A stretch of 64,000 nucleotides of DNA. Origin: a virus. Its lineage: Duplodnaviria > Caudoviricetes. A program made the translations under genes and the position numbers. The notes beneath the pieces are model-generated. The model did not search any database. It was not told the origin of the DNA and was given only the letters and a program-made list of their open reading frames with translations. This document shows, piece after piece, positions 11,169 through 20,850 of this stretch. How positions within the stretch are numbered: position 1 is the first letter of the stretch; each line of letters starts with the position of its first letter. Where the stretch lies: positions 8 to 64,007 of IMG/VR virus record IMGVR_UViG_3300007508_000607; one strand, 5' to 3'.

Positions 11169-12926
11169 TTAATGTACCCAATGGTTATCTATTACTGCTT
11201 CTACTTCCATCGATATGCCAGGACAGTAGTGCTTAAATGCGTCTATCATCTCAATTTCTAGTAATCTTCCTACTTCGTCAGCTTCGTCCTCATGGGCTTC
11301 CACTAGTATCTCGTCATGAACTACATTTACTATTTTAGCGTCGTAATTACCGCCATCTATAGCCTCCTTTACTTTACATAATGCAAGCTTAGTAATAGAC
11401 GCAGAAGCTCCCTGACATATAATATTTTTAGAAATATTTAATGCATGAGATACCTGACGTTTATCATCCCAATCAAAAGAAGATAGGTCTCTCCTTCTTT
11501 TGTCAAGCGGTGATAGTGCGAATTTTCTTTTTTTTGCTGCTGATACTGCTTGGTCTAAAACTTTTTTAATGTTAGGAAAAGTAGAAAAATACTTATTCAT
11601 AAGAGTTTTAGCTTCCATAAAGCTTATACCTAAATTCTCTGCAAGCCTCCCAGGCCCAATACCATATATTAATCCGAACGTTAAAGCTTTAGCAGCATTA
11701 CGTTGTTTCTTTGTAATTTCCTTGTACGGAATTCCGTAGATTAAGCTTGCCGAGTTAGTATGAAGATCAACTTTATTATTTATAGCGTCTATTAACCCAG
11801 GCTCCTTACTGATATAAGCCAGAACTCTAATTTCCTGGCTAGCATAATCAGCTGCTATAATTTTATACTCCGGGTCTTGCGAAGTAAAAGCCGCTCTATA
11901 CCTCTCGTCACTTGGTATGTTCTGTAAATTAGGGCTAGTACTTGAGTATCTTCCAGAATCTGCGCCCAACTGTTTAAAATTGGAGTGTATTCTACCGTCG
12001 TACTTACTAACGAATTTGTTAAAAAATTCTTCTCCGTAAGTACTGATACGCTTTTGCTTTTCTCGGTAATCTAACAAGAAGTCCACGACCTCGTGGTTTA
12101 TTTTTTTTAATTCCTGCTCACCTGTAGAAGTTATATTCAATCCGGTAATCTTATTTAGTATAGGTAGTAGTTGTTTTGGAGATTTATAGTTTATATCAAC
12201 GCTATCAAATAAAGTTAATTGTCCACAGTAAGGCTCAAAGTATTTATCTAAACCATTTTTAGCTTTTTTAGCGGCGGTCTCTGCCTCCTCTCTTAAAGCT
12301 GTCCATCTTTTTTTGTCCAGATATAATCCGTTTAATTCCATGTCCCCTGTAGGAGAAACAGTTCTGTACTCTAATCTTGATAACTCGTCCATGTCCCTAC
12401 TTTCTAATAATCTCTGCATGTTTTTATACAAAGGAATTAGATGTTTAGTATCGTCACCAGCATACTTTATTTGACTTTCTGTAAAGGGTGATCCTAATCT
12501 CATATCAACAAAAGATTTCTGTTCGGCTTTACTAACTTCAACCCCTAAGTACTTGTACAAAACTGAGTCTAAACTGCTACTTAACTTTTTACCTGTAGTC
12601 AAAAGTTGGTTAGCGAGCATAGTACACCTCATATTTGTTAGTTCTACCTCAAAGTTTCCTTTTATCATCTTATAATCAAACTTTGCGTTATGTAAAACCT
12701 TAACTAAATCTTTTTCCGCTAACCAATGTAGCACTGTAAAAATTTTAGTACTTAGTTTGAAAACATCAAATACGAATTGCTTGTGCTCAGTACCAACCTG
12801 AAGTAGTAATACTTTATTTAGCATTGGATCTAGTCCGTTTGTTTCAGTATCAACTGCTACCATACTTTGCGTCTTTAAATAAGACATGGCATCACTTAAT
12901 CCTTCCTCTGTTGTTATGTATCCCAT
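11169..12926 (-). CDS. polA: Family A DNA polymerase (3'-5' exonuclease + polymerase)
   Basis: DTET, HNAKFD, YAGDD exonuclease motifs; SGRYSSTSPNLQNIP, ADYASQEIR, RNAAKALTFGLIYG, VHDE polymerase motifs. Confidence 0.95.
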   Translation of the reverse strand: MGYITTEEGLSDAMSYLKTQSMVAVDTETNGLDPMLNKVLLLQVGTEHKQFVFDVFKLSTKIFTVLHWLAEKDLVKVLHNAKFDYKMIKGNFEVELTNMRCTMLANQLLTTGKKLSSSLDSVLYKYLGVEVSKAEQKSFVDMRLGSPFTESQIKYAGDDTKHLIPLYKNMQRLLESRDMDELSRLEYRTVSPTGDMELNGLYLDKKRWTALREEAETAAKKAKNGLDKYFEPYCGQLTLFDSVDINYKSPKQLLPILNKITGLNITSTGEQELKKINHEVVDFLLDYREKQKRISTYGEEFFNKFVSKYDGRIHSNFKQLGADSGRYSSTSPNLQNIPSDERYRAAFTSQDPEYKIIAADYASQEIRVLAYISKEPGLIDAINNKVDLHTNSASLIYGIPYKEITKKQRNAAKALTFGLIYGIGPGRLAENLGISFMEAKTLMNKYFSTFPNIKKVLDQAVSAAKKRKFALSPLDKRRRDLSSFDWDDKRQVSHALNISKNIICQGASASITKLALCKVKEAIDGGNYDAKIVNVVHDEILVEAHEDEADEVGRLLEIEMIDAFKHYCPGISMEVEAVIDNHWVH

Positions 12927-13732
12927 TTTAAAAAATCCTCCAAAGTTTTGGAATGTTTCTTACTCCGCAACTTTTTTAATATCTTTTCTTTTATTTGTCT
13001 TATTCTTTCTCTTGTTAACCCCATATCTACGCCTATCTCTTTTAGAGTGTACGGCCTAACTTGCTCAATTCCGTAGTACATCTTTAATATACTCTTTTCC
13101 CTTTTAGGGAATGTTTTCAGTACGTGAGTTAGCTCTTTTTTAAACTCTTCATCTGTTTTTAATACGCCATAAGATAAATCAGCGGGTATAACCTCATTCA
13201 AAGTTTCATTATTTTCAGTATGTGGCGTATCAAGCCCAATCACTGTGTAGTTAAATTTTAAATCTCTTATAGCTGTTGTATCTCCTTCTAAATATTCTTC
13301 CAACTCATTCATAGAAGGGTACCTTCCTAAAGTATTTTCTAAACTTTCTGAAGCTTTTGTAGCTTTAGTGATGTTAGAAATTTTATTTAAAGGAAGTCTT
13401 ATAGTTTTTGCGTTTTCATGTAGTGAATTAAATATAGCTTGACGAATCCACCAAACAGCATAAGTAATAAATTTTACGTCCTTACTTACATCGAACTTCT
13501 CAAATGCTTTTACTAGCCCTAAGTTACCCTCTGATACTAGTTCATCTATTGTAAGTCCTTGATTTTGGTACTTTTTAGCCACACTAACAACAAATTTTAA
13601 ATTAGATATTATTACTTGTTCTCTTGCAGCATTATCACCATTCTTTCCTTTTTTTATTAATGCCCGCTCTTCTTCTTTACTTAAAGGAGTGCTAGGTATA
13701 ATAGATTTTAAATAGTAACTGAATGCATCCAT
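12914..13732 (-). CDS. RpoD/SigA-like sigma-70 factor (regions 2-4)
   Basis: NLKFVVSVAKKY, EGNLGLVKAFEKFD, KFITYAVWWIRQ, TLKEIG..MGLTRERIRQI. Confidence 0.92.
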   Translation of the reverse strand: MDAFSYYLKSIIPSTPLSKEEERALIKKGKNGDNAAREQVIISNLKFVVSVAKKYQNQGLTIDELVSEGNLGLVKAFEKFDVSKDVKFITYAVWWIRQAIFNSLHENAKTIRLPLNKISNITKATKASESLENTLGRYPSMNELEEYLEGDTTAIRDLKFNYTVIGLDTPHTENNETLNEVIPADLSYGVLKTDEEFKKELTHVLKTFPKREKSILKMYYGIEQVRPYTLKEIGVDMGLTRERIRQIKEKILKKLRSKKHSKTLEDFLKWDT

Positions 13733-13746
13733 ATTTATTTTTGATT

Positions 13747-13778
13747 AAAAAAAAGGGCACATCAATGATGCACCCTTT
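13747..13778 (-). terminator. Intrinsic terminator after the Ubl operon
   Basis: On - strand AAAGGGTGCATC-att-GATGTGCCCTTT followed by a T run. Confidence 0.7.
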
Positions 13779-13797
13779 ATTGTTATAAATGTTTGAA

Positions 13798-14001
13798 CTA
13801 GTTTTTTGCTTGGAAGTATGATCCCATAGCATCAACTACTCCTTGACCTGCGATATACGAAGGTACAATTGTAGTAATAGCTCCAACTAAGTTTTCAGCC
13901 ATTGCAGGATCTAGTCCTGCCCAGTCTACGATAAGTACGGATAAAACTCCGCCAAATGCAACCCATAGCTTCCTACTTGATAATTTCTCTTTCCAATTCA
14001 T
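13798..14001 (-). CDS. Small membrane protein, holin-like (67 aa)
   Basis: KLSSRKLWV followed by two hydrophobic segments. Confidence 0.5.
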   Translation of the reverse strand: MNWKEKLSSRKLWVAFGGVLSVLIVDWAGLDPAMAENLVGAITTIVPSYIAGQGVVDAMGSYFQAKN

Positions 14002-14266
14002 TTATTTTGCTTGGTTTTTTGTTTACATGGTATGTCTTATTATCAACCTGTCTAACAGCTTTTCCTGTATCTTCCAGTAATTGACAAATAGAACAATTTA
14101 TAGGTCCTCGGCATTCATCGTAATTGTCCCAGTTATGAAATATTTGATCAAACTTATCTCCATAATCAGGACCGACGGGACTTTGAGTATTTCTAATTTC
14201 GCCAAAGTCCTTGCTTTGAGATCTTTTTTGCCTACCATCATCTTGTTTAATTGAGTTTATGTTCAT
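13973..14266 (-). CDS. Hypothetical protein with Cys cluster (97 aa)
   Basis: ORF in operon; C-x4-C-x2-C. Confidence 0.5.
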   Translation of the reverse strand: MNINSIKQDDGRQKRSQSKDFGEIRNTQSPVGPDYGDKFDQIFHNWDNYDECRGPINCSICQLLEDTGKAVRQVDNKTYHVNKKPSKINELEREIIK

Positions 14267-14286
14267 ACTTTAATATAATCAATATT

Positions 14287-14880
14287 TTAGAAATGAGCAA
14301 TATAATGTTGAGGATTTTTATCTCCTCTGACCCAGTTTAACAAATACTGAGCTCCAATACTACTTACTATTCTATTTCCAAATTGTATTATATTGTTTTC
14401 AAACTCCCACTGTCTTTGACAGCTTCCATCCTCTACGTCATCTTTCGGTAAAGTTTTTAACATTACTTCAAGAGTATTTTTTTTATTCTTTGTGAATACA
14501 GCGATATCTCTTCCTTCGCTTCTCATATCCATCCAATATACGTCTTCATTTTTATCCACATAATTAAATAATAATTTTCTGAATTTTGAGTTATCGACGC
14601 AACATACTATTCCTTCATATCCATTAAGTTGATCTTCCGATTCTATACGAGATGTTATTGACCCAAATCCATATCTTGCAGACAATGATTCAGATTTCTC
14701 ATCCATTATATCCTCCATAAAAAAGTTTTGGTAGGATAAATTTTTATTTTCTACTGTATCGTCATCTGCAAACGTAAATGATACGTTGTCAGAAAACTGA
14801 CCGTGAGTATCTAAATTGTATAAATGCTCGGCAAGCCAACTTCCTATTCCACCTGCTCCAACTACCAGTACACGTTTCAT
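14287..14880 (-). CDS. ThiF/E1-like adenylyltransferase
   Basis: VVGAGGIG, DDDTVENKNLSYQNF, CCVDN..R, WMDMRSEG, candidate catalytic Cys in GSCQ; TAATG overlap with JAB gene. Confidence 0.88.
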   Translation of the reverse strand: MKRVLVVGAGGIGSWLAEHLYNLDTHGQFSDNVSFTFADDDTVENKNLSYQNFFMEDIMDEKSESLSARYGFGSITSRIESEDQLNGYEGIVCCVDNSKFRKLLFNYVDKNEDVYWMDMRSEGRDIAVFTKNKKNTLEVMLKTLPKDDVEDGSCQRQWEFENNIIQFGNRIVSSIGAQYLLNWVRGDKNPQHYIAHF

Positions 14881-15308
14881 TAATTTATCTCCATTTCTAT
14901 TGGTTCCCACCTACGTTCAGACTCATTTCCATCATAGTAGTATGCCTTTGTTTCTTTAAATTTAGGTGAGTGTATTATATACACACCAGTATATCCAGCA
15001 CCCTGTAAATCTGTAATAGAAGGAATAGGTTTATTATTTGGGTGAGAATGCATTATCCCAATAAAGTCATTCTCTGCTTTAGGAGACACGTGAGTAGTCT
15101 CTCGAAGCATACCCATAAATTCATTCGGGTCCGGTATATAATGTACCTCCTTGTTCTCTGTACTAACGTTTGTTAGCGGTATAAACTTTTCACACTTCCA
15201 TGAGTTTCCTTGTTTTTTACCGACCATAGCCCCGACGATCTCGTCAGGGCTATCATCTGCATAACTTGTCATTTCATAGAGTGTATCTTTTGAAATGTTA
15301 AAGTTCAT
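14880..15308 (-). CDS. JAB/MPN+ metallopeptidase
   Basis: N-terminal Glu (PDEIVG) and intact HSHP-x5-PS-x2-D motif. Confidence 0.9.
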   Translation of the reverse strand: MNFNISKDTLYEMTSYADDSPDEIVGAMVGKKQGNSWKCEKFIPLTNVSTENKEVHYIPDPNEFMGMLRETTHVSPKAENDFIGIMHSHPNNKPIPSITDLQGAGYTGVYIIHSPKFKETKAYYYDGNESERRWEPIEMEIN

Positions 15309-15309
15309 T

Positions 15310-15567
15310 TTATCCACCAACTAATGCATTAGCCATCATAATTTCTTCTGCTTCCATTATGTCTTCTAAAGAAATAGTATCAGGAGTTTTATGCTGCCCG
15401 TCTACGTAAGCCCAACGTCCAGTTGTTTCTGACTCGTACTTGATTTTTTCTAATGCAGCTACAGGCATTCCTGACCATTCGTCGTGCCCCTTTGTAGATA
15501 CAATTTTTATTGTGACAGGAGTCAACTCTCTTGATAAATCACTTCCGTTATTTTTGTTTTCGCTCAT
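15310..15567 (-). CDS. Ubiquitin-like (beta-grasp, ThiS/MoaD-like) protein ending in Gly-Gly
   Basis: 85 aa ending NALVGG-stop, immediately upstream of JAB and E1 genes. Confidence 0.8.
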   Translation of the reverse strand: MSENKNNGSDLSRELTPVTIKIVSTKGHDEWSGMPVAALEKIKYESETTGRWAYVDGQHKTPDTISLEDIMEAEEIMMANALVGG

Positions 15568-15599
15568 GTTTTCTTACCATGGTTTTTTTGTTTATAATA

Positions 15600-17672
15600 T
15601 TATAATGTGTGAATGGCACTTGCGACTAAAGCGTCGTTATGAAGTGCATATATTCTATTAACTAACTTATCCATTCCTACCTGACTTGAAGATTTGTCTA
15701 CGATACATATATACTTTCCGTCAGGGAATGAATATACTCCGCACTGTGGGTCATTAGTATTTATCTGCTCCTTACCGCCCGTATCTATAAAGTAGTTTCG
15801 TAAGGATCCTTTAATAAGATACCCAGTTTTTGACTCCCCATCAGACATTATTACTGTCTCTTCTTCAATGCCAAATGTTTTCTCAGTCTCCACCAGTAGT
15901 TCTTTACTTTTCTCTATAGCATCTATAAAAGCCTTCTTACCAGAAGAGATAATACCTTTTATATCATCAACCTCTACCCCTTCCACTGATTTACCATCTA
16001 AAAGAGTATTAACCACATCAAGCATAGATCCCTGTCTAGATAACCTTATAATTTTCTGGGTATTTTTTACTCTGTACGACGTATCATTTATAACAATGTA
16101 GTTGATATTTTTTCTTCTCTCTAGAGGCAGTTTTAAAGATACATTCGTAAAGTCAAATTCATCCCTAACATTTATATCTACACCTATTTGTAAGTATGTA
16201 TGCATTTTTAATGAACATTTACTGACAGACTTTATAAAGTAGTCAAAATCATCTTGTTTAGTAAAACACAGACCCCTCTCAATAACAGGTTCTACCTCAT
16301 CAGAATTTATTCGTTTATCGTTTACATACATTCTAGTAGTAGATATTCCAATGCTATTTGTACTTACCCTTTTCTCTACTTTAAAAGAAACTTCTCCAAC
16401 ACTCCCACTTCCTTCTGTATTTGAGACATAGGATAAAAATATTGGTAGAGCTTGATCAAAGTTAATATCATCTAAGTTGTATGCTTTAGACAAAGTACTT
16501 AAAACTTTATACGGCAATCCAGAGATATCCGATTTTAGCACTTGGTTCTCGTACTCTATTTTATCCTCTGAGTACAGAACACCATTCAATTTTAATGACT
16601 TTCCTGGTATCAATAAAGTATTTAATCTATCCTTTATTTTCTCACGCAGTTTTTCCTGTGATTTTATAGCAGCCTGCTCTCTTGCAGTTCTTTGTAAATC
16701 CCGTTTAGTAATAAGATTTAAAGAATTATTATCTAAAAATTCTACGTGATTGTCGTCCCTACCTCTCAGATAGTTATCAAGAATTTTAATATTAGGTAAT
16801 GCTGGATCCAAGTCTGTAAAAATCAAATTTCCAACTGGCACATGGTTTTCGTATCTTTGGTAGTACCCTCTCCTAACGCTATCACTACAAAAGTAATATC
16901 TACCAACGTCTACGTAATTATATGAAGGGTCCGAGTGCGGTATGACTTTTAAAGAAACACTAGTATCGGTACTCCACCTACTATGCTCTCTCTGCTGTGA
17001 AACAAATAGTCTGAAGTTATCTTTTTCTAACACATTTGTTATAAAACTTAGCTTTCTATTGTCGTATAAAAGCCTTTTGTTTTTCTTATCAAGGCATATT
17101 GTTGACTCTTTACCACCTTTGAACACTTCTTTTAATACCAACTCTATATCCTTTTTGTCTATATTCATTCGGATAGATGACCAATTATCCATCAAGTAAT
17201 CTTCACATGTAGATACTACATCCTTTACGTTTTTATGTACTTTGTTCGATACCCCAGGTACCTCAATATCGTCCAATATACGTGATAGTACATACATAGA
17301 CTCAAAATCTGTTTCTTGTATATTTTCAATGTATAGGTTATCTCTGTATGTTATCTTTAACTTGAAAAGGTTTTTCTTATCTCCCCAGTGCTGGTAATGT
17401 CCACCGTCCTCAAATTCCTTATCATTTATTTTTTGTATATTAACTTGGGAGCCGCAGCCAGATGATACTATTACAGAAGATTTACGCACCTCATATTCTA
17501 AGACATTAAGTATATCTACCGCACTGTCTTTGTAATATTTATTACCTACTGCTGCAGTCATACCTCTTTCTAAATCACTAACTTTTGAATTAATATCTTC
17601 CATATCTTTGTCGGATAGACCTAATTCATACAACCCGTTTATGGCGGGTAGTAAATGTTGCGTTGTATTCAT
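15600..17672 (-). CDS. Large hypothetical protein (690 aa) with C-terminal Cys-containing domain
   Basis: AGGA RBS; intact ORF; C-terminal GYLIKGSLRNY...DGKYICIVD...ALHND. Confidence 0.8.
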   Translation of the reverse strand: MNTTQHLLPAINGLYELGLSDKDMEDINSKVSDLERGMTAAVGNKYYKDSAVDILNVLEYEVRKSSVIVSSGCGSQVNIQKINDKEFEDGGHYQHWGDKKNLFKLKITYRDNLYIENIQETDFESMYVLSRILDDIEVPGVSNKVHKNVKDVVSTCEDYLMDNWSSIRMNIDKKDIELVLKEVFKGGKESTICLDKKNKRLLYDNRKLSFITNVLEKDNFRLFVSQQREHSRWSTDTSVSLKVIPHSDPSYNYVDVGRYYFCSDSVRRGYYQRYENHVPVGNLIFTDLDPALPNIKILDNYLRGRDDNHVEFLDNNSLNLITKRDLQRTAREQAAIKSQEKLREKIKDRLNTLLIPGKSLKLNGVLYSEDKIEYENQVLKSDISGLPYKVLSTLSKAYNLDDINFDQALPIFLSYVSNTEGSGSVGEVSFKVEKRVSTNSIGISTTRMYVNDKRINSDEVEPVIERGLCFTKQDDFDYFIKSVSKCSLKMHTYLQIGVDINVRDEFDFTNVSLKLPLERRKNINYIVINDTSYRVKNTQKIIRLSRQGSMLDVVNTLLDGKSVEGVEVDDIKGIISSGKKAFIDAIEKSKELLVETEKTFGIEEETVIMSDGESKTGYLIKGSLRNYFIDTGGKEQINTNDPQCGVYSFPDGKYICIVDKSSSQVGMDKLVNRIYALHNDALVASAIHTL

Positions 17673-17700
17673 TTTGTTTCCTTTGGTTTACTCAAATGGT

Positions 17701-18096
17701 TTACTCAAATAAGTTTGATTTTTCCAAGTTTTCTTCGTCCATTTTACACGATGTCATAACTAAAAAGTTGTCGTTATCCGGGTATACGCTGACTTCCTTG
17801 CCGATTAATTCATTTAAATCAGAGATACCATAGTACCTCATTAATTTAGCTAGAGAGCTATTTGGCGATATATTACCTTCATGGTTTAATGACAGCCAAA
17901 GCCCCTGGATTCTCTTATTTCCTTTATTATCTTCTGTCCATACATCAGAAATTTGAAAGTTTTTTCCGTCCGGCTGCTCCACAGAAAATTTAATTTTTTC
18001 TGAGGTCTCGCCACGCACGTCCACTTCTACTTTTTCTGCGTTTGTAACAGTAACTTTTCTTAGCTGACTTCCTACTTTTAAATTTAAAAAACTCAT
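17701..18096 (-). CDS. Hypothetical protein, possibly OB-fold ssDNA-binding
   Basis: Beta-rich 131 aa with acidic tail ending LFE, like the 24217-24648 protein. Confidence 0.5.
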   Translation of the reverse strand: MSFLNLKVGSQLRKVTVTNAEKVEVDVRGETSEKIKFSVEQPDGKNFQISDVWTEDNKGNKRIQGLWLSLNHEGNISPNSSLAKLMRYYGISDLNELIGKEVSVYPDNDNFLVMTSCKMDEENLEKSNLFE

Positions 18097-18217
18097 ATGT
18101 TTTTTTCGGTTTGTTGTTTATCTTTTATTCCTTCTTATTAGTGTGTTTGATAAACAAAAATGACCCATAAAAATTTTTACAGGCCATTTCATAGTAAGTC
18201 GCATACTTACTATATTA

Positions 18218-18228
18218 TTCTTATACCA
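18218..18228 (-). promoter_or_regulatory. Putative phage early promoter TGGTATAAGAA (copy 1)
   Basis: Identical 11-mer at 34401-34411; both intergenic, same strand, extended -10-like. Confidence 0.5.
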
Positions 18229-18232
18229 TATA

Positions 18233-20203
18233 TTATATTATTTCACAGGTATCATTATTACAAAATTTTTCAACAATCGCTTCCTCACCTTTAACTGCTC
18301 CAAAGTTTAGTTTGGTCAATTGCGAAATCATTTTAGTATATTCAGTTTGTGTAATTTCCTCATAAGGCATCTGAGGGTACGCACCTTTCTCCAATCTAGG
18401 TAGAAAACTAATTCCCTTCAATTGATATTGAAAGTATTGTAATGCGTACTTTAATTGAGGTCCCTCTATTTTAGGATCAAAGGTCACTGTACAAGAAACT
18501 TGATTATCTGCCCAGTATTTTTGCATAAAGGCAGCTAAGCTTAACTGTTCCCACATAGTAACTTCCTCTAATGTTCTTATACCTTCTCCTACATCTACAG
18601 GAATATTTACGACTACAGTACTTTCCTCACTACCGAAAGCAGGTTCAATAGAGTAACCAGCTTTTTCTAAAGGTTTAATTAAGGCACTATGTCTTGACAG
18701 TCTCATGCGGCGTATGTAAAACCTAGACTCAGGATAATGTAATCCTGGAGTAGCTCCTGCAAGTAAAGACACTGTTCCAGAAGGCTTTACAGACGTAGTT
18801 TTAATACTGCGAGGCACTGCTAGCCAATCAGAGTATTTCTTATCATACTCTTGTATTCTATCAAATCCCGTCTCTAACCATTCTCTTAATACATGTAAAC
18901 CACGTACATGTTTGAATTGAGCTATACCTGAAACAGATGTTCCTATACGTCTATTTCGTAACATTACTCGATTAGTTTCGGGCCAATGAGTTTTCCCTAG
19001 AGTAACTGTTTTTGCGTATAGATACGCATACTTAAGTGTTTTTAAATAGTCACCTAAATCTTCATGATTATTTGGAAAGGTTTCTACCAAACAGCAAAGT
19101 TCGTATGACTCTAATGTCTGTTCTAAACATGGATTCCCTCCAGTTGCTCTGTGATCTTTCCAATCTTTACCATTACGCATACGAGAGTATGCTTGCATAT
19201 TTTCTAGCCATGCAAACCCTGGCTCACCATTCTTTATAATACGGTTACAAGTCTCGTCATAATCCATACCTAGTTCAGCAAAGACTGAATTATTTGATGT
19301 CCAGCCATGCTCCATTCTATCAGGGTTCACTTCATAGTTTTTTAAGTCGAGGTATTCATCTGATAAAGGGTCTCCAAAAACTATTTCAGCTGTTCGTCGT
19401 ACATTACCTGCGACCACACATTTACCTATATGGTTTTGTATATCCACAATCGCTGTAACTGATAATGGGTTTCCAATCTCATTACGTAAGGTGTTAGTGA
19501 CTTGAATATGTAATTCTTTTAAAGGTCTATGCCCACTAGACACACCTCCAAAACCTCTTATAATCTCACCCTCAGCTCTTATTTTAGAGTAGTCAAAAGT
19601 TATAGGAGCCGTACCTTGAAAATATGACTCAATTAATCGTTTAACCGATTCAACCCATCCTTCCCTTGTATCAGGGATCACATATAGGTCTTCACTTCTA
19701 TCTGTGTTAGGACCTTTTACTACCAACTGTCCTGCGCCCTTTGTATCAAATCCAACACCAACACCTAGCATAGACGCATCCATTAAAAATGTAAATGGCT
19801 TCGCTAAATCTTCTTTTATGTTATCTGTTGATACATACGCACAATTGTTTAATGCAGCGTATAATTTACGTTCTTCAGTTATTGGGGAGCCCATTGCCCA
19901 AATACCTCTTCCTGGAGGTAAGAATTTCATATTAAAAATTCTATCATACATTTCTTGAGCACTTCTCTGTGCTTGCCATGGATTCCATCCTAAACTATGG
20001 TGATCTATCCAGTCCATTTGCATATTGTAAGTTCCCTCTACTACACGCTGAACTGTTTCCCACCACCTCTCATTTTTGCCACTGTCTTTTATTCGGCTAT
20101 AAGTACGCATATAGACTAATTCACCTAAACCATTAAATCCAAAAGGAGGTTTTTTTCTCTTATATTTATTTATAAAGTTTTCTGATAAAGAAAATCCACT
20201 CAT
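18233..20203 (-). CDS. nrdJ: Class II (adenosylcobalamin) ribonucleoside-triphosphate reductase
   Basis: RTYSR, FLPPGRGIW, LNNC, GGNPCLEQ, TSVKPSGTVSLLAG, C-terminal C-x4-C; GGGAGG RBS. Confidence 0.95.
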   Translation of the reverse strand: MSGFSLSENFINKYKRKKPPFGFNGLGELVYMRTYSRIKDSGKNERWWETVQRVVEGTYNMQMDWIDHHSLGWNPWQAQRSAQEMYDRIFNMKFLPPGRGIWAMGSPITEERKLYAALNNCAYVSTDNIKEDLAKPFTFLMDASMLGVGVGFDTKGAGQLVVKGPNTDRSEDLYVIPDTREGWVESVKRLIESYFQGTAPITFDYSKIRAEGEIIRGFGGVSSGHRPLKELHIQVTNTLRNEIGNPLSVTAIVDIQNHIGKCVVAGNVRRTAEIVFGDPLSDEYLDLKNYEVNPDRMEHGWTSNNSVFAELGMDYDETCNRIIKNGEPGFAWLENMQAYSRMRNGKDWKDHRATGGNPCLEQTLESYELCCLVETFPNNHEDLGDYLKTLKYAYLYAKTVTLGKTHWPETNRVMLRNRRIGTSVSGIAQFKHVRGLHVLREWLETGFDRIQEYDKKYSDWLAVPRSIKTTSVKPSGTVSLLAGATPGLHYPESRFYIRRMRLSRHSALIKPLEKAGYSIEPAFGSEESTVVVNIPVDVGEGIRTLEEVTMWEQLSLAAFMQKYWADNQVSCTVTFDPKIEGPQLKYALQYFQYQLKGISFLPRLEKGAYPQMPYEEITQTEYTKMISQLTKLNFGAVKGEEAIVEKFCNNDTCEII

Positions 20204-20204
20204 A

Positions 20205-20609
20205 TTATTCCTCCCGTACTGAAGCACTATCCTCTAAAAGAAACTTATATTCTTTAGAAAATATCACTCTTGCTATTGGGTCCCCAGGCAATAGAGTTAT
20301 TGGATAAGGCCCTGTGTTAGAAACTACTATGCAGACCTCTGCACCGTTTGTGGAAGTATTTAGTACTCCAGATTTAATAGACAGCGTATGCTCCAAAGCT
20401 ACGTCCCTAATATCATATATTTTTCCTACGTACCCAGACGGGACATCCAGCGCTACCCCGGTCTTTATATTCTTTACCGTTTGGCCAGCAACCACAACCT
20501 TCTCACTCACGTAGAGACATACTTCTGATTGCCCATCCTCACTACATACTGGGTCTACTGCTTTAGAATTTAGTTTCTTGTATTTTACTTTCATTGTTCT
20601 TTTAGCCAT
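20205..20609 (-). CDS. dUTPase-fold protein with degenerate catalytic motifs
   Basis: KTGVALDVPSGYVG and GDPIARV retained, but motif 3 Asp/Tyr, motif 2 RS and motif 5 are missing. Confidence 0.7.
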   Translation of the reverse strand: MAKRTMKVKYKKLNSKAVDPVCSEDGQSEVCLYVSEKVVVAGQTVKNIKTGVALDVPSGYVGKIYDIRDVALEHTLSIKSGVLNTSTNGAEVCIVVSNTGPYPITLLPGDPIARVIFSKEYKFLLEDSASVREE

Positions 20610-20622
20610 TATTTTTTCTTGG

Positions 20623-20850
20623 TTAATTTAAAATCATTATTAATTTAATATTTTGTGTAGGTATTAATATCGTGTATGGTGTAGGCTCCCCAAACTCTTT
20701 TATAAGTTTTTCGTTCGTATGTGGTTTTAACATCACAAATGTTTCATTATAACTCACAATATGCCCTACCCCTCCACCTACAAGAGAGTCGTGTACTATT
20801 TGTACTACGTTTTTCTTTTTTACTATGTCTTCTATAAATCGTAAATCCAT
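20623..20850 (-). CDS. Hypothetical protein (75 aa)
   Basis: ORF overlapping the end of recU. Confidence 0.55.
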   Translation of the reverse strand: MDLRFIEDIVKKKNVVQIVHDSLVGGGVGHIVSYNETFVMLKPHTNEKLIKEFGEPTPYTILIPTQNIKLIMILN

